Shown: positions 1 to 8,385 of the stretch, piece after piece
Layout: the number at the start of each line of letters is the position of its first letter
How positions within the stretch are numbered: the stretch's first letter is position 1
Source: Atopobiaceae bacterium
GTDB lineage: Bacteria; Actinomycetota; Coriobacteriia; Coriobacteriales; Atopobiaceae
DNA length: 64,000 nucleotides
Reading direction: 5' to 3'
NCBI GenBank assembly: GCA_030525685.1
Contig: JAUNEG010000012.1
Coordinates: 289 to 64,288 of the forward strand
Program-made: the position numbers and the translations under genes
The notes under the pieces: model-generated
The model's database searches: none
Told to the model about the DNA's origin: nothing
The model's input: only the letters and a program-made list of their open reading frames with translations

Positions 1-500
1 ATCTGGCGCTCGGTGTTGCCCGCGGACATGGGGATCGTGGTGGCGCCGGAGTAGAGGCCGCCGTAGTGCGCGCCCAGACCGCCGGTGAACAGGCCGTAGC
101 CGTAGCAGACGTGGACCACGTCGTCCTTGCCGCCGTTGGCGTACTCGATGCCGCGCGCGAAGCACTCGCCCCAGATGTCAAGGTCATGCTGGGTGTAGCC
201 GCCCACCGTCGCCACGCCGGTGGTGCCGGAGGACATGTGGATCTCCTTCACCTCGGAGAGCGGCGTGGCAAACATGCCGTACGGGTAGTTGTCGCGCAGG
301 TCCTGCTTGGTGACGAACGGTGCCTTCTGCAGGTCGTCGAGGCTCTTGACAGAGTACGGGTCAAAGCCGGCGTCGTCGAAGCTCTTCTTGTAGAACGGCA
401 CGTTCTCGTAGCACGCGATCACGGTCTTCTTGATGCCCTCGAGCTGGATCTGCTCGATCTGCTCGTGGGGCGCGTGGAGAATCTCCTGCATGCTGCCCAT
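1..500 (-). CDS. paaK: Phenylacetate-CoA ligase family protein, N-terminal part (runs off the window edge)
   Basis: Manual translation from ATG at 500: MGSMQEILHAPHEQIEQIQLEGIKKTV...PFVTKQDLRDNYPYGMFA...IHMSSGTTG, the PaaK adenylation-domain signature. Not in the ORF track because it is truncated. Confidence 0.85.
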   Translation of the reverse strand, partial: MGSMQEILHAPHEQIEQIQLEGIKKTVIACYENVPFYKKSFDDAGFDPYSVKSLDDLQKAPFVTKQDLRDNYPYGMFATPLSEVKEIHMSSGTTGVATVGGYTQHDLDIWGECFARGIEYANGGKDDVVHVCYGYGLFTGGLGAHYGGLYSGATTIPMSAGNTERQ

Positions 501-630
501 TGGTGCTTGCCCTTCCGTTGTGACCCAAAACTCGCTGCGCTGATTCTAAGACCAGCCCGACAGGACCTGGACACGCGTTTACGGTTGTGTGACATTGCGG
601 CGGAGCCCAAGGCAGAAAAGCGGTGCCCCT

Positions 631-782
631 GTGGCACTTTTCGCCTTGTCTGAGTGCCACGAAGGACCATTGCGGGAAGCGAGTGGATTTGGCCCATTCG
701 CCAGCAGGCATTTTGTCGACCAGTCTGTCGGCTCGCTCAGACAGGGCGGAACAATCCACTCAGACAAGGCAAAAAGTGACAC
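631..782. repeat. Intergenic inverted repeat, 24/26 identical arms
   Basis: GTGGCACTTTTCGCCTTGTCTGAGTG (631-656) pairs with CACTCAGACAAGGCAAAAAGTGACAC (757-782); a partial extra arm starts at 736. Confidence 0.75.
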
Positions 783-831
783 AGCAAGGCCGAAAAACTG
801 CCCTGGGGCCATCGAACGGGCAACGATCTCC

Positions 832-1251
832 CTACCGCGCCGCCTCGAGCCGAGCGAGCACGGTCTTGGTGGCCGCGATCGCAGCGTCCACGTTGTCCTC
901 GGCGTCGGAGATCTTCTTCTGCACGTAGAGATCCACAAAGGGGTTGTCCACGAGGACGTCGAGGGCCGAGGCGATCGCGCCCACGTCCACGCGCAGCGCC
1001 TCGATGCCGCGAACGTCCGCGAGCTCGCGGGTGAACGCGTAGAGGTCGGCGCGGGCCTGGTCGAGCGCGCCGCGGGCGTCGTTGAGGCGCCAGTGCTTGA
1101 GGACGCTCGTCAAAGGTCCGCCCATCACCAGGTCGAAGAGCCCCCAGTTGCTCGCGCTGCCGAGGGCGTCGGCGGCCTCCTCCAGGCTGGCGAGCGCCCT
1201 GCGACCAGCCGACACGGCCTCCTGCACCTCGCGCCTCTCGTCCGGCGTCAT
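832..1251 (-). CDS. Hypothetical helical protein, 139 aa
   Basis: MTPDERREVQEAV...SNWGLFDLVMGG...; GC3-rich codon use; GGAGGG RBS upstream. Confidence 0.7.
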   Translation of the reverse strand: MTPDERREVQEAVSAGRRALASLEEAADALGSASNWGLFDLVMGGPLTSVLKHWRLNDARGALDQARADLYAFTRELADVRGIEALRVDVGAIASALDVLVDNPFVDLYVQKKISDAEDNVDAAIAATKTVLARLEAAR

Positions 1252-1419
1252 GGGACCCTCCTCGGTTCGAGTTCCTCTCGCCCATGGTAGCAGGCCCACG
1301 TACGGTCGCCGTGCGTAAGCCCCACGTAAATCCCTGAGAGCGATACCGTTTGCGGAGAACCGCGTACGGCCGGCCAAATTAGGCGCATACTTTTCCTATC
1401 CGTGGTCCTGAGGGAAGGA

Positions 1420-2505
1420 ATGCCCATGCTTCGAGTTGGTCTTCTCACGAGCGGCGGCGACTGCCAGGCGCTCAACGCAACCATGCGCGGCATCGTCAAG
1501 ACGCTCTACCGCCAGTCCGACGAGCCCGTCGAGGTCTACGGCTTCGAGGACGGCTACCAGGGCCTGATCTACGAGCACTACCGCATGATGGACAACCGCG
1601 ACTTCTCCGGCCTGCTCGCGCGCGGCGGAACCGTTCTCGGCACGAGCCGCACCCCGTTCAAGCTGCTCGACACGCCCGAGGCTGACGGCATCAACAAGGT
1701 CGAGGCGATGAAGCACACCTACCGCAAGCTCAAGCTCGACTGCCTGTTCATGCTCGGCGGCAACGGCTCCACCAAGACGGCCAACCGCCTACGCGAGGAG
1801 GGCCTGAACGTCATCGCCCTGCCCAAGACGATCGACAACGACACCTGGGGCACCGACACGACCTTCGGCTTCACGAGCTCCGTCGAGGTGGCCACCCGCT
1901 GCATCGACGAGATCCACACCACCGCCAGCTCCCACGGCCGCGTCTTCGTGATAGAGATCATGGGCCACAAGGTCGGCTGGATCCCGCTGTACGCGGGCGT
2001 CGCCGGCGGTGCCGACGTCATTCTCATCCCCGAGATCCCCTACGACATGGATAACGTCGTCCGCGTGATCGAGGACCGCGACAAGGCCGGCTCGCGCTTC
2101 ACGATCGTCGTGGTCGCCGAGGGTGCCATCTCCAAGGCGGAGGCCGCCCTCTCCAAGAAGGAGTACAAGAAGCTCGTGGCCTCGCGCACCACGCCGTCGA
2201 TCGCCTACGACATCGCGGCAGAGATCGACAAGCGCACCGGCCGTGAGATCCGCATCGCCGTGCCCGGCCACACCCAGCGCGGCGGCCAGCCCGACGCCCA
2301 GGACCGCATCTTCGCCACGCAGTGCGGCGTCGAGGCCGCGCTCGGCTGCCTCGAGGGCAAGTTCGGCTTCATGGTCGCCCAGAAGAAGGGCAAGATGACC
2401 CGCGTTCCGCTCGAGGAGGTCGCCGGCAAGCTCAAGTACGTCGACCCCGAGGGCGACCTCGTCCGTGAGGCCAAGGCGCTCGGCATCAGCTTCGGCGACG
2501 AGTAG
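1420..2505 (+). CDS. pfkA: 6-phosphofructokinase
   Basis: GLLTSGGDCQALN, GGTVLGTSR, GGNGS, PKTIDND, EIMGH, GHTQRGG motifs. Confidence 0.95.
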   Translation: MPMLRVGLLTSGGDCQALNATMRGIVKTLYRQSDEPVEVYGFEDGYQGLIYEHYRMMDNRDFSGLLARGGTVLGTSRTPFKLLDTPEADGINKVEAMKHTYRKLKLDCLFMLGGNGSTKTANRLREEGLNVIALPKTIDNDTWGTDTTFGFTSSVEVATRCIDEIHTTASSHGRVFVIEIMGHKVGWIPLYAGVAGGADVILIPEIPYDMDNVVRVIEDRDKAGSRFTIVVVAEGAISKAEAALSKKEYKKLVASRTTPSIAYDIAAEIDKRTGREIRIAVPGHTQRGGQPDAQDRIFATQCGVEAALGCLEGKFGFMVAQKKGKMTRVPLEEVAGKLKYVDPEGDLVREAKALGISFGDE

Positions 2506-2591
2506 CGTCCTCCCCACACGCCCAGGCGCAGAGGCGGGGCCCTGAGGGGCTCCGCCTCTTCTCATGGCGAGAAGGGCATGCGCGCGTTGCC

Positions 2592-3554
2592 CTACAGCAT
2601 GTTGCGCTCGGCGAACTCCGCCTGGACCGTGGCGAGCATGAGCTCGACGTCGTCGAGGCCGAGGTGCCGCTCGGACTCCCCCGCCCTGAGCGTGCCGCGC
2701 CGGCGCGCCCAGCTCTCGAGCGAGGCGGGCCGTTGCTCGTGAGGGAGCGTCTTGGTCTCGGGGTCCACGCGGCGGCAGATGTCGCGCGTGTCGATGGGCA
2801 CCACGCGCCCGGCCTTGCGCGCCTCCGCGTAGCCGTCGATGTGCAGCATGAACCACGAGTCCTCGAACGCGGCGTTGTGGGCCATGTACGGGTAGGCGGT
2901 GAGGGCGGCGAGAAGCGCCGCCTGGGCCCGGCTGTCCTCGCGGAACGGCCGCTTGCCCTCCAGGTCGGACCACGAGATCTTGTGGATGTCCGCCAGCGGC
3001 ACGCCCTTCTCGGCATACATCTCGGGCAGGCCGAAGTAGCCGGCAAAGGGGTCATGCGGGCGCGCGTCGGGGCCCACGGTCATGAACTCGAGGCCGACGT
3101 TGATGATGTAGCCGCGCGCGGGGTCGCGGTCGGTGGTCTCGATGTCGATGCCCACGACCATGCCCGAGACCGGCGCGTCCACCCACGCAACGTTGAGGTC
3201 GCGCGCGTCCGGTCCGGCGAGCCGCGCCACCTGCGCGTCACGCCGGTGCTGAAGCACGGCGACGGCATGGATCAGGTCCTCGTTCGAGAGGGAGCGAGCG
3301 AGCGTGGAGACGTTGACGTTGCGCAGGCGCTCGATGCCGTAGCGGTCGCAGAGGTCGCGGTTGCGGTCCGCGAGCGAGCGGATGAGGTCGAAGGCGCAGG
3401 GCTCATTGTCCGCCGGCGCATCGCGCCAGGCGCTCATGAGCGTGACCAGGGCGTCCTCGTTGCGCGTGCGCTCCGCGGAGAGCGTCGCGTCATCGGTGAG
3501 GAACCCCGGGAACACGAGGGCGCTCGCGCAGTCTATGGCCTGGCTGAGATCCAC
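2592..3554 (-). CDS. DEDDh-family 3'-5' exonuclease with N-terminal extension
   Basis: ExoI DIETT, ExoII HNAAFE, ExoIII HLGLDD; GTG start. Confidence 0.8.
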   Translation of the reverse strand: MDLSQAIDCASALVFPGFLTDDATLSAERTRNEDALVTLMSAWRDAPADNEPCAFDLIRSLADRNRDLCDRYGIERLRNVNVSTLARSLSNEDLIHAVAVLQHRRDAQVARLAGPDARDLNVAWVDAPVSGMVVGIDIETTDRDPARGYIINVGLEFMTVGPDARPHDPFAGYFGLPEMYAEKGVPLADIHKISWSDLEGKRPFREDSRAQAALLAALTAYPYMAHNAAFEDSWFMLHIDGYAEARKAGRVVPIDTRDICRRVDPETKTLPHEQRPASLESWARRRGTLRAGESERHLGLDDVELMLATVQAEFAERNML

Positions 3555-3699
3555 GAATGCTCACTCCCGTCAAAGGAAAAGACACCGAGAAGAACCCGGC
3601 GCCTTCCTAGGCTAGCAGAACGCCCGTGCCTGCGGGCGGAAAGCATGTCCCTGTCGAGGGAACGCATAACCCCGTGGATGGCCGGACCCACACAAGGGG

Positions 3700-3939
3700 G
3701 TGCTTAAGCTTTCGGGGTTGTTGTAGGTTCGCCGCATTCGAGCGCTTAAGAATTCGGAGTAGTTGTAGGCTCTGGCGCTGCTCCCTGTGGCGAGAAGTAC
3801 TTCTCGCCGATAAAACCGCAGTTGGCTCCTACGGGACAGCGCTTCTCGACGATGGAGCGCCCTCGGCGAGGCGCAACAACCCCAAATTCGTAAGCATCCA
3901 AACGACCGGACACTACAACTACCCCGAAGTCCTAAGCAC
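3700..3939. repeat. Intergenic element family A, copy 1 (nested inverted repeats around a palindrome)
   Basis: About 27-bp motif CTACAACTACCCCGAA.TC.TAAGCAC, reverse at 3700 and 3742, forward at 3873 and 3913; perfect 20-bp palindrome GGCGAGAAGTACTTCTCGCC at 3789-3808. Confidence 0.85.
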
Positions 3940-3997
3940 AAAGGGCGCCGACAAGCCCACGACAGGTGTAGCAGGCGCGAACCACCCCGCGCGACGC

Positions 3998-4519
3998 CTA
4001 CTCGGCGAGAAACACGCGGCCCTCGCGGCGCGGCTCGGCCTCGGGAACCTCCGCGGGGTACCCCAGGATGCAGTGGCCGATTCCCTCGTAGTCGCCCGCG
4101 ATGCCCAGCTCTGCGAGAATGGCCTTGCCCTCGGGCGCGTCGAACTCCTCGCGGGCGCGGTGGATCCAGCAGCTGCCCAGGCCGAGCGCATGCGCGGCGA
4201 GCATGAGGTTGCCCATCACGAGGCTGCCATCGTAGACGCGGTTGCGCTGGTCGCGCGGGGCGAGCACGACGAGGACGACCGGCGCGCCGTAGAACGGGTC
4301 GCGGTCGGGGTCGCCGATTATCTCCGCGTTCATGGCGGAGAGCCGGTCGCGCAGCTCGCGGTTCGTGATCGCGACGATGATGGGGTCCTGCTGGCCCATG
4401 CCGCTCGCCGCCCAGAGCGCGGCCTCGATCACGGCCTCGATCTGCTCTGTGCTCGGGACCTCGTCGGTGTAGGCGCGCACGCTGCGGCGCTCCTCCATGG
4501 CCCTGATGATCTCGTCCAT
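3998..4519 (-). CDS. Nitroreductase family protein
   Basis: RRSVRAY, WAASG, AAHALGLGSCWI motifs. Confidence 0.9.
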   Translation of the reverse strand: MDEIIRAMEERRSVRAYTDEVPSTEQIEAVIEAALWAASGMGQQDPIIVAITNRELRDRLSAMNAEIIGDPDRDPFYGAPVVLVVLAPRDQRNRVYDGSLVMGNLMLAAHALGLGSCWIHRAREEFDAPEGKAILAELGIAGDYEGIGHCILGYPAEVPEAEPRREGRVFLAE

Positions 4520-4576
4520 GATGCGCTCCTCTCGGGTGGGCCCGTCACGTTCGTTATACCCGAGAGGACGCGGCCG

Positions 4577-4944
4577 CTACCCCTCGACCTCGCGCAGCAG
4601 GTCGCGGGGTCCACGCCGTAGAGGCGAGCGAGCTTCACGAGGTTCGTGGTGGACGGCTCGGACGCGCCCTGCTCCCACTTCGAGACGGCCTGCCGGCTCA
4701 CGCCGAGCTTCTCGGCCACGAGCTCCTGCGTCATCTTGCAGCGCTCGCGGTGAGCGCGCAGCACCTCGCCGAGCGAGCGGCGCGCGGCCACGGTCTCGGG
4801 GCTCTTGTCAGCCTTCTCCTGCCGCAGGAACCAGCGGATGGCGAGGACCACCAGCACGATGAAGAGGACCCACGGAACAATACGGCCAAGGAGGATCGGA
4901 ATCAAGATTATCACGAGCTCCATCGGCCCCATCCCATAGATCAT
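4577..4944 (-). CDS. XRE-family HTH regulator with N-terminal transmembrane segment; apparent 1-nt frameshift near the 3' end
   Basis: MTQELVAEKLGVSRQAVSKWEQGASEPSTTNL HTH; AAGGAGG RBS; adding one base after GVDPA gives DLLREVEG-stop at 4577. Confidence 0.8.
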
Positions 4945-5011
4945 GACGCCCTCCTTACGCCGGCTTTGCCCCACTGTAGCCGAGCGCCGCGGTTGCGCAC
5001 ACCACCTATCG

Positions 5012-5278
5012 CGCAACGCGCGGAAGCGCATTGAGCACTTGCAGACTGACCCTAAAAGCTACTGCGTTTATATGCGCAATCTGTACTATGAGGAGCAAGC
5101 GGCCGAGAAGGAGAAGCGCCTCTCAGATTTTCTTTTGGAAAACCCAACAGCGTCCAAGCGTTCTGCGAGTAAGGCGCTTGGCATGTCCATGACGACCGTA
5201 TCGAAATACTGGTTATCGGCGTGTGAATCGGCTGGAATCAAAGACGCCAGAACCGGAAACCATTCGCCAAACTGTTAG
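5012..5278 (+). pseudogene. Detached C-terminal HTH portion of rep2
   Basis: RNARKRIEHL...DFLLENPTASKRSASKALGMSMTTVSKYW aligns with the rep1 tail (RNGRTQAEHV...EHPEASHSEIARALDVSRPTVIKW) and is in frame with rep2 across the 8-bp repeat. Confidence 0.75.
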
Positions 5279-5301
5279 GTAAATGCGCTGCTCATCATGG
5301 T

Positions 5302-5328
5302 ATACATATGCATGTTATACGTATGTAT
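5302..5328. promoter_or_regulatory. Putative RHH operator/centromere upstream of parA
   Basis: ATACATATGCAT (5302-5313) and ATACGTATGTAT (5317-5328), each one mismatch from palindrome ATACATATGTAT. Confidence 0.6.
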
Positions 5329-5343
5329 ACTAGGGAGGGAAAC

Positions 5344-5931
5344 GTGATAATCCCGGTTCTGAACATCAAGGGGGGCGTCGGCAAGACGACCACGGCCATA
5401 GCCCTCGCGACCGCAGCCGTCAGGGCTGGTCATGGGTCGAAGGTACTCGACGCCGACGAGCAGGGGAGCGCGACGCTGTGGGACGACACGGCTGAGCAGG
5501 CAGGTGAGCCCCTCCCCTTCCCCATCGACCCGATCAACGCGACGAGGATAAAGGCGCTCAGGCCGGAGGCCGACACATGGTGCTTCATCGACTGCGCCCC
5601 GAGCGGCAAGGCGCTCGACGCTGCCAAGGAGAAGGCCGACTTCGTCGTGATACCGACCACGCCAGCCGGTCTGGACATGCAGCAGACGTGGGTGACGGCC
5701 GAGAACCTTGTCGAGTCCGGCAAGCCGTATGCCGTGCTCCTCACGCGCACGCGCTCACACACGCTCGCGCTCGCAGCCGTGGAGCACGAGATGGAGGAGC
5801 GCGAGGCGTCGTACTTCGATGCGCAGATACCGCTGCGCGAGGACATCAAGAACTTCTTCGGGCACTCCTTCGGAAAGGACCTATACGGGTACGAGGACGT
5901 GTTCAAGGAGATTGAGGAGGCGCTTTCCTGA
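5344..5931 (+). CDS. parA: Small plasmid-type (type Ib) ParA ATPase
   Basis: Deviant Walker A KGGVGKTT, LDADEQGS, FIDCAP; no N-terminal HTH; GGGAGG RBS before GTG. Confidence 0.9.
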   Translation: MIIPVLNIKGGVGKTTTAIALATAAVRAGHGSKVLDADEQGSATLWDDTAEQAGEPLPFPIDPINATRIKALRPEADTWCFIDCAPSGKALDAAKEKADFVVIPTTPAGLDMQQTWVTAENLVESGKPYAVLLTRTRSHTLALAAVEHEMEEREASYFDAQIPLREDIKNFFGHSFGKDLYGYEDVFKEIEEALS

Positions 5932-6176
5932 TGGCGGTCAAGAAGAGGCCCAAGCCGATAATCGCCCCACAGCGGCAGAACGCCGGCCCGCTGCTCATGG
6001 ACAACCAAGACACCAAGAACAAAGGGGACGGCACGAAGGCACCGAAGAGGCCGACGACCATCCTCCTGCCGGACGACCTGAAGCGAGAGGCCCAGACATA
6101 CGCGGAGGAGCGCGGGACGACCCTGACAAGGCTCATCGTTGACGGACTTAGATGGAGGATTTCGCAGGTAGATTAG
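5931..6176 (+). CDS. Ribbon-helix-helix partition adaptor (ParG-like)
   Basis: Flexible N-terminus followed by TTILLPDDLKREAQTYAEERGTTLTRLIVDGL; start overlaps the parA stop. Confidence 0.75.
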   Translation: MAVKKRPKPIIAPQRQNAGPLLMDNQDTKNKGDGTKAPKRPTTILLPDDLKREAQTYAEERGTTLTRLIVDGLRWRISQVD

Positions 6177-6212
6177 CTATACATATGTATTTTATACATA
6201 TGTATAGCTAAT
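6171..6212. promoter_or_regulatory. Perfect 20-bp inverted repeat containing two ATACATATGTAT palindromes; putative centromere
   Basis: GATTAGCTATACATATGTAT-TT-ATACATATGTATAGCTAATC. Confidence 0.65.
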
Positions 6213-6217
6213 CTCAT

Positions 6218-6616
6218 CTAGGTCTTGTTTTTTGCATACAGCTCGTGGGAAGCGATGACGGCGGAATACAGTGAAATACATAAAGTAAATAACAGAAGGT
6301 GTGTCAAGTCGCTTGCAACGTGCTGTCTCAAGGCGTAGGCAGAAAATCCGTTTAGCAAATAAATAATACATGCAGATACGAGTGACGCTACGACACTGCT
6401 TCTGCGCCTATATGTTGAAAGAGCTACCAAAGCAATAAAAAACAGCGATATGAACCATTCTAAATAGGTTATTTCGCGCACTGAGAACGAGCATCCATGG
6501 AAATAATTAAAAACTGTATCTTTATATAGCAGATATAGAACAATCGAAGTAATCGTTGTTATGCTAATAAGATTCCTGGTAGACAAAACAACTACCTCTT
6601 CAGCGCCGTCGGCCAA
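6218..6616 (-). CDS. AT-rich multi-pass membrane protein (candidate immunity protein)
   Basis: 132-aa ORF with 3-4 hydrophobic stretches, directly downstream of a secreted protein; start codon uncertain. Confidence 0.6.
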   Translation of the reverse strand: MADGAEEVVVLSTRNLISITTITSIVLYLLYKDTVFNYFHGCSFSVREITYLEWFISLFFIALVALSTYRRRSSVVASLVSACIIYLLNGFSAYALRQHVASDLTHLLLFTLCISLYSAVIASHELYAKNKT

Positions 6617-6653
6617 ACGGGTTTGGCCGACGGCGATTGCTTCTGCTATATGC

Positions 6654-7268
6654 CTATGAAATCACAATATTGAAGCCCTGTCCTCCGGCCGTTGTTACAT
6701 CCAACGAGGCGTTGACATAGTAAACAACCACGATACCACTGTAGCTCTTGCTCTTATTCATACTCGTGCTCTTGACGTTATTTGCGGTATGAGACACGCT
6801 TCCCTCATACGCAATGACATATCCTCCAGAAACGACTCCATAGGATTGACAATTGACGCTCATGGTCATTGATTTTGGAGTCGAACCAGATGTTACTGTT
6901 GCTTTCGTATTGCCGCCGTAGTTGTATTCAAATGTTCCATTATGCCAAAAGCTTCCGCTGAAGCGTACTGTTGTCCCATACTGGGTTTTCGTTTGGTTGA
7001 AGTTTCTCGTTTGGTTTTGAGCTCTTGTTTGTGGCGATTGCGCGTCCATCGCATACATCTCAATGAACTTGGCATCTTCACCGGTAACTACGTCGCCTGG
7101 ATCATACTTATCGTAGAGTTCGTCGAAGCGTTCGCTGATTTGCTCTTGAGATAGATTAGATAAGGACTCTTCGGCATATGCCTGTGTCGGATTAAAGGCA
7201 GAAATCACAAGTGCCGTCAGCGCAAGGGTGATGGAGAATGCTAATGCAGCCATCCTTCTTGCAATCAT
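6654..7268 (-). CDS. Sec-secreted protein with acidic pro-like region and beta-rich C-terminal domain
   Basis: Signal peptide MIARRMAALAFSITLALTALVISAFNPTQAYA; AGGAGG RBS; AT-richer than host DNA. Confidence 0.8.
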   Translation of the reverse strand: MIARRMAALAFSITLALTALVISAFNPTQAYAEESLSNLSQEQISERFDELYDKYDPGDVVTGEDAKFIEMYAMDAQSPQTRAQNQTRNFNQTKTQYGTTVRFSGSFWHNGTFEYNYGGNTKATVTSGSTPKSMTMSVNCQSYGVVSGGYVIAYEGSVSHTANNVKSTSMNKSKSYSGIVVVYYVNASLDVTTAGGQGFNIVIS

Positions 7269-7454
7269 TTTTGCCTCCTTTACTCCGTCTGCTTATTCTG
7301 AAGGCGCGCCATCCGCTGACTTCAGAATGAATTATAATAGCCGCATGTTCATGGCTTTAGATTCATTCGATAGGCGGTAGGAATATGCCACTGGCGGTCC
7401 ACTCTTACACCGATACTCAAGTCGCATGGCCCGAGTTTTGCGATAAGTGCATTG

Positions 7455-7724
7455 TTATGCTTGGGCTGCTAGGTAGTAGTCAAGTGCGTCTCGGTAGACC
7501 TCTGAGGTCTTGACCCCCCGGCTGCGGGCTATCGCCGCCACGCGCTGCGTGTCTCTCGCGTCGTAGATGACCGTCACGCGGCGCTTGCCCACCGCGTCGA
7601 GGTGGGAGCCGGTGAAGACCTCTCCGCCCCCGCTCGGATAGTCTCCGCTCTCGTAGGGAGCGGCCATCGCGTCGAGTTCGGCGTCGGTGAGGCCGTGCTT
7701 CCTCATGTACTCGGATACGTTCAT
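7455..7724 (-). CDS. RHH/CopG-like antitoxin (BrnA-like)
   Basis: C-terminal RVTVIYDARDTQRVAAIARSRGVKTSEVYRDALD; follows the toxin gene. Confidence 0.7.
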   Translation of the reverse strand: MNVSEYMRKHGLTDAELDAMAAPYESGDYPSGGGEVFTGSHLDAVGKRRVTVIYDARDTQRVAAIARSRGVKTSEVYRDALDYYLAAQA

Positions 7725-7729
7725 GCTTC

Positions 7730-7990
7730 TCACCTCTCCAATCCTAGCTCGCGGAGCGTCTTGCCGGTCGGCGGTGTCATTCCGTGGAACACAAAGAAGA
7801 AGTCGTCCTCCTCGTCGTACTGGTAGACCAGCTCAACGAGCCTCCCCCTGCCGTCAAGGCCGACCGCCAGCCACTCGCCCGTCGGGCGCTGGTGATAGGA
7901 AATCATCCCGCGCATCGCGGCGGTGACGTCCTCCGGCGTGACCTCCGGGTGCCGCTGCGTGACCCTTGGGTGAACCCCTATCGTGCTCAA
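7730..7990 (-). CDS. BrnT-like toxin
   Basis: VHPRVTQRHPE...WLAVGLDGRGRLVELV...VFHGM pattern; toxin-first order; TTG start with GAGGAGG RBS. Confidence 0.7.
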   Translation of the reverse strand: MSTIGVHPRVTQRHPEVTPEDVTAAMRGMISYHQRPTGEWLAVGLDGRGRLVELVYQYDEEDDFFFVFHGMTPPTGKTLRELGLER

Positions 7991-8008
7991 GGCGTCCTCC
8001 TCTCGAAC

Positions 8009-8027
8009 ATATGATGTGACATCATAT
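8009..8027. promoter_or_regulatory. Putative TA operator
   Basis: Perfect inverted repeat ATATGATG-TGA-CATCATAT upstream of the toxin gene. Confidence 0.55.
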
Positions 8028-8385
8028 CATACTATGCTGATACCCAAGGACAGGAGACCCAAAACAGGGCGCTCGCGCAGCTGGATGGGCCGCACACACA
8101 GCCTAGAAATTGTGTTAGCTGGAATCCGTAAATTATGTTAAACGAGCTGGTGAACGATGTCGTTTTGACATGGAAGACCCCGGCCCTCGCGGCGCTCCGT
8201 TTGCGCCGTTGGTGCCGAGATCTTCGCTGCGGCGGTATCTCGTGGGCTGCGATTGCCCGGAGAGCCTACCGCGCCCGCCGTCCCTCTGGCTGCGGTTGCC
8301 CGACAACGGTTTGGCTGTCACCCGGATTGTAACCGACGCCCATACCCTGTTGGATAAAACAACCAGCCCTCGCGGCGGCAGTGCC

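Noticed and set aside
8116-8143. Possible dif/pdif site (TTATGTTAAAC at 8133-8143)
   Set aside because: The XerD-like arm matches, but the XerC arm (TAGCTGGAATC) lacks the conserved ATAA, and the site is not at an element boundary.
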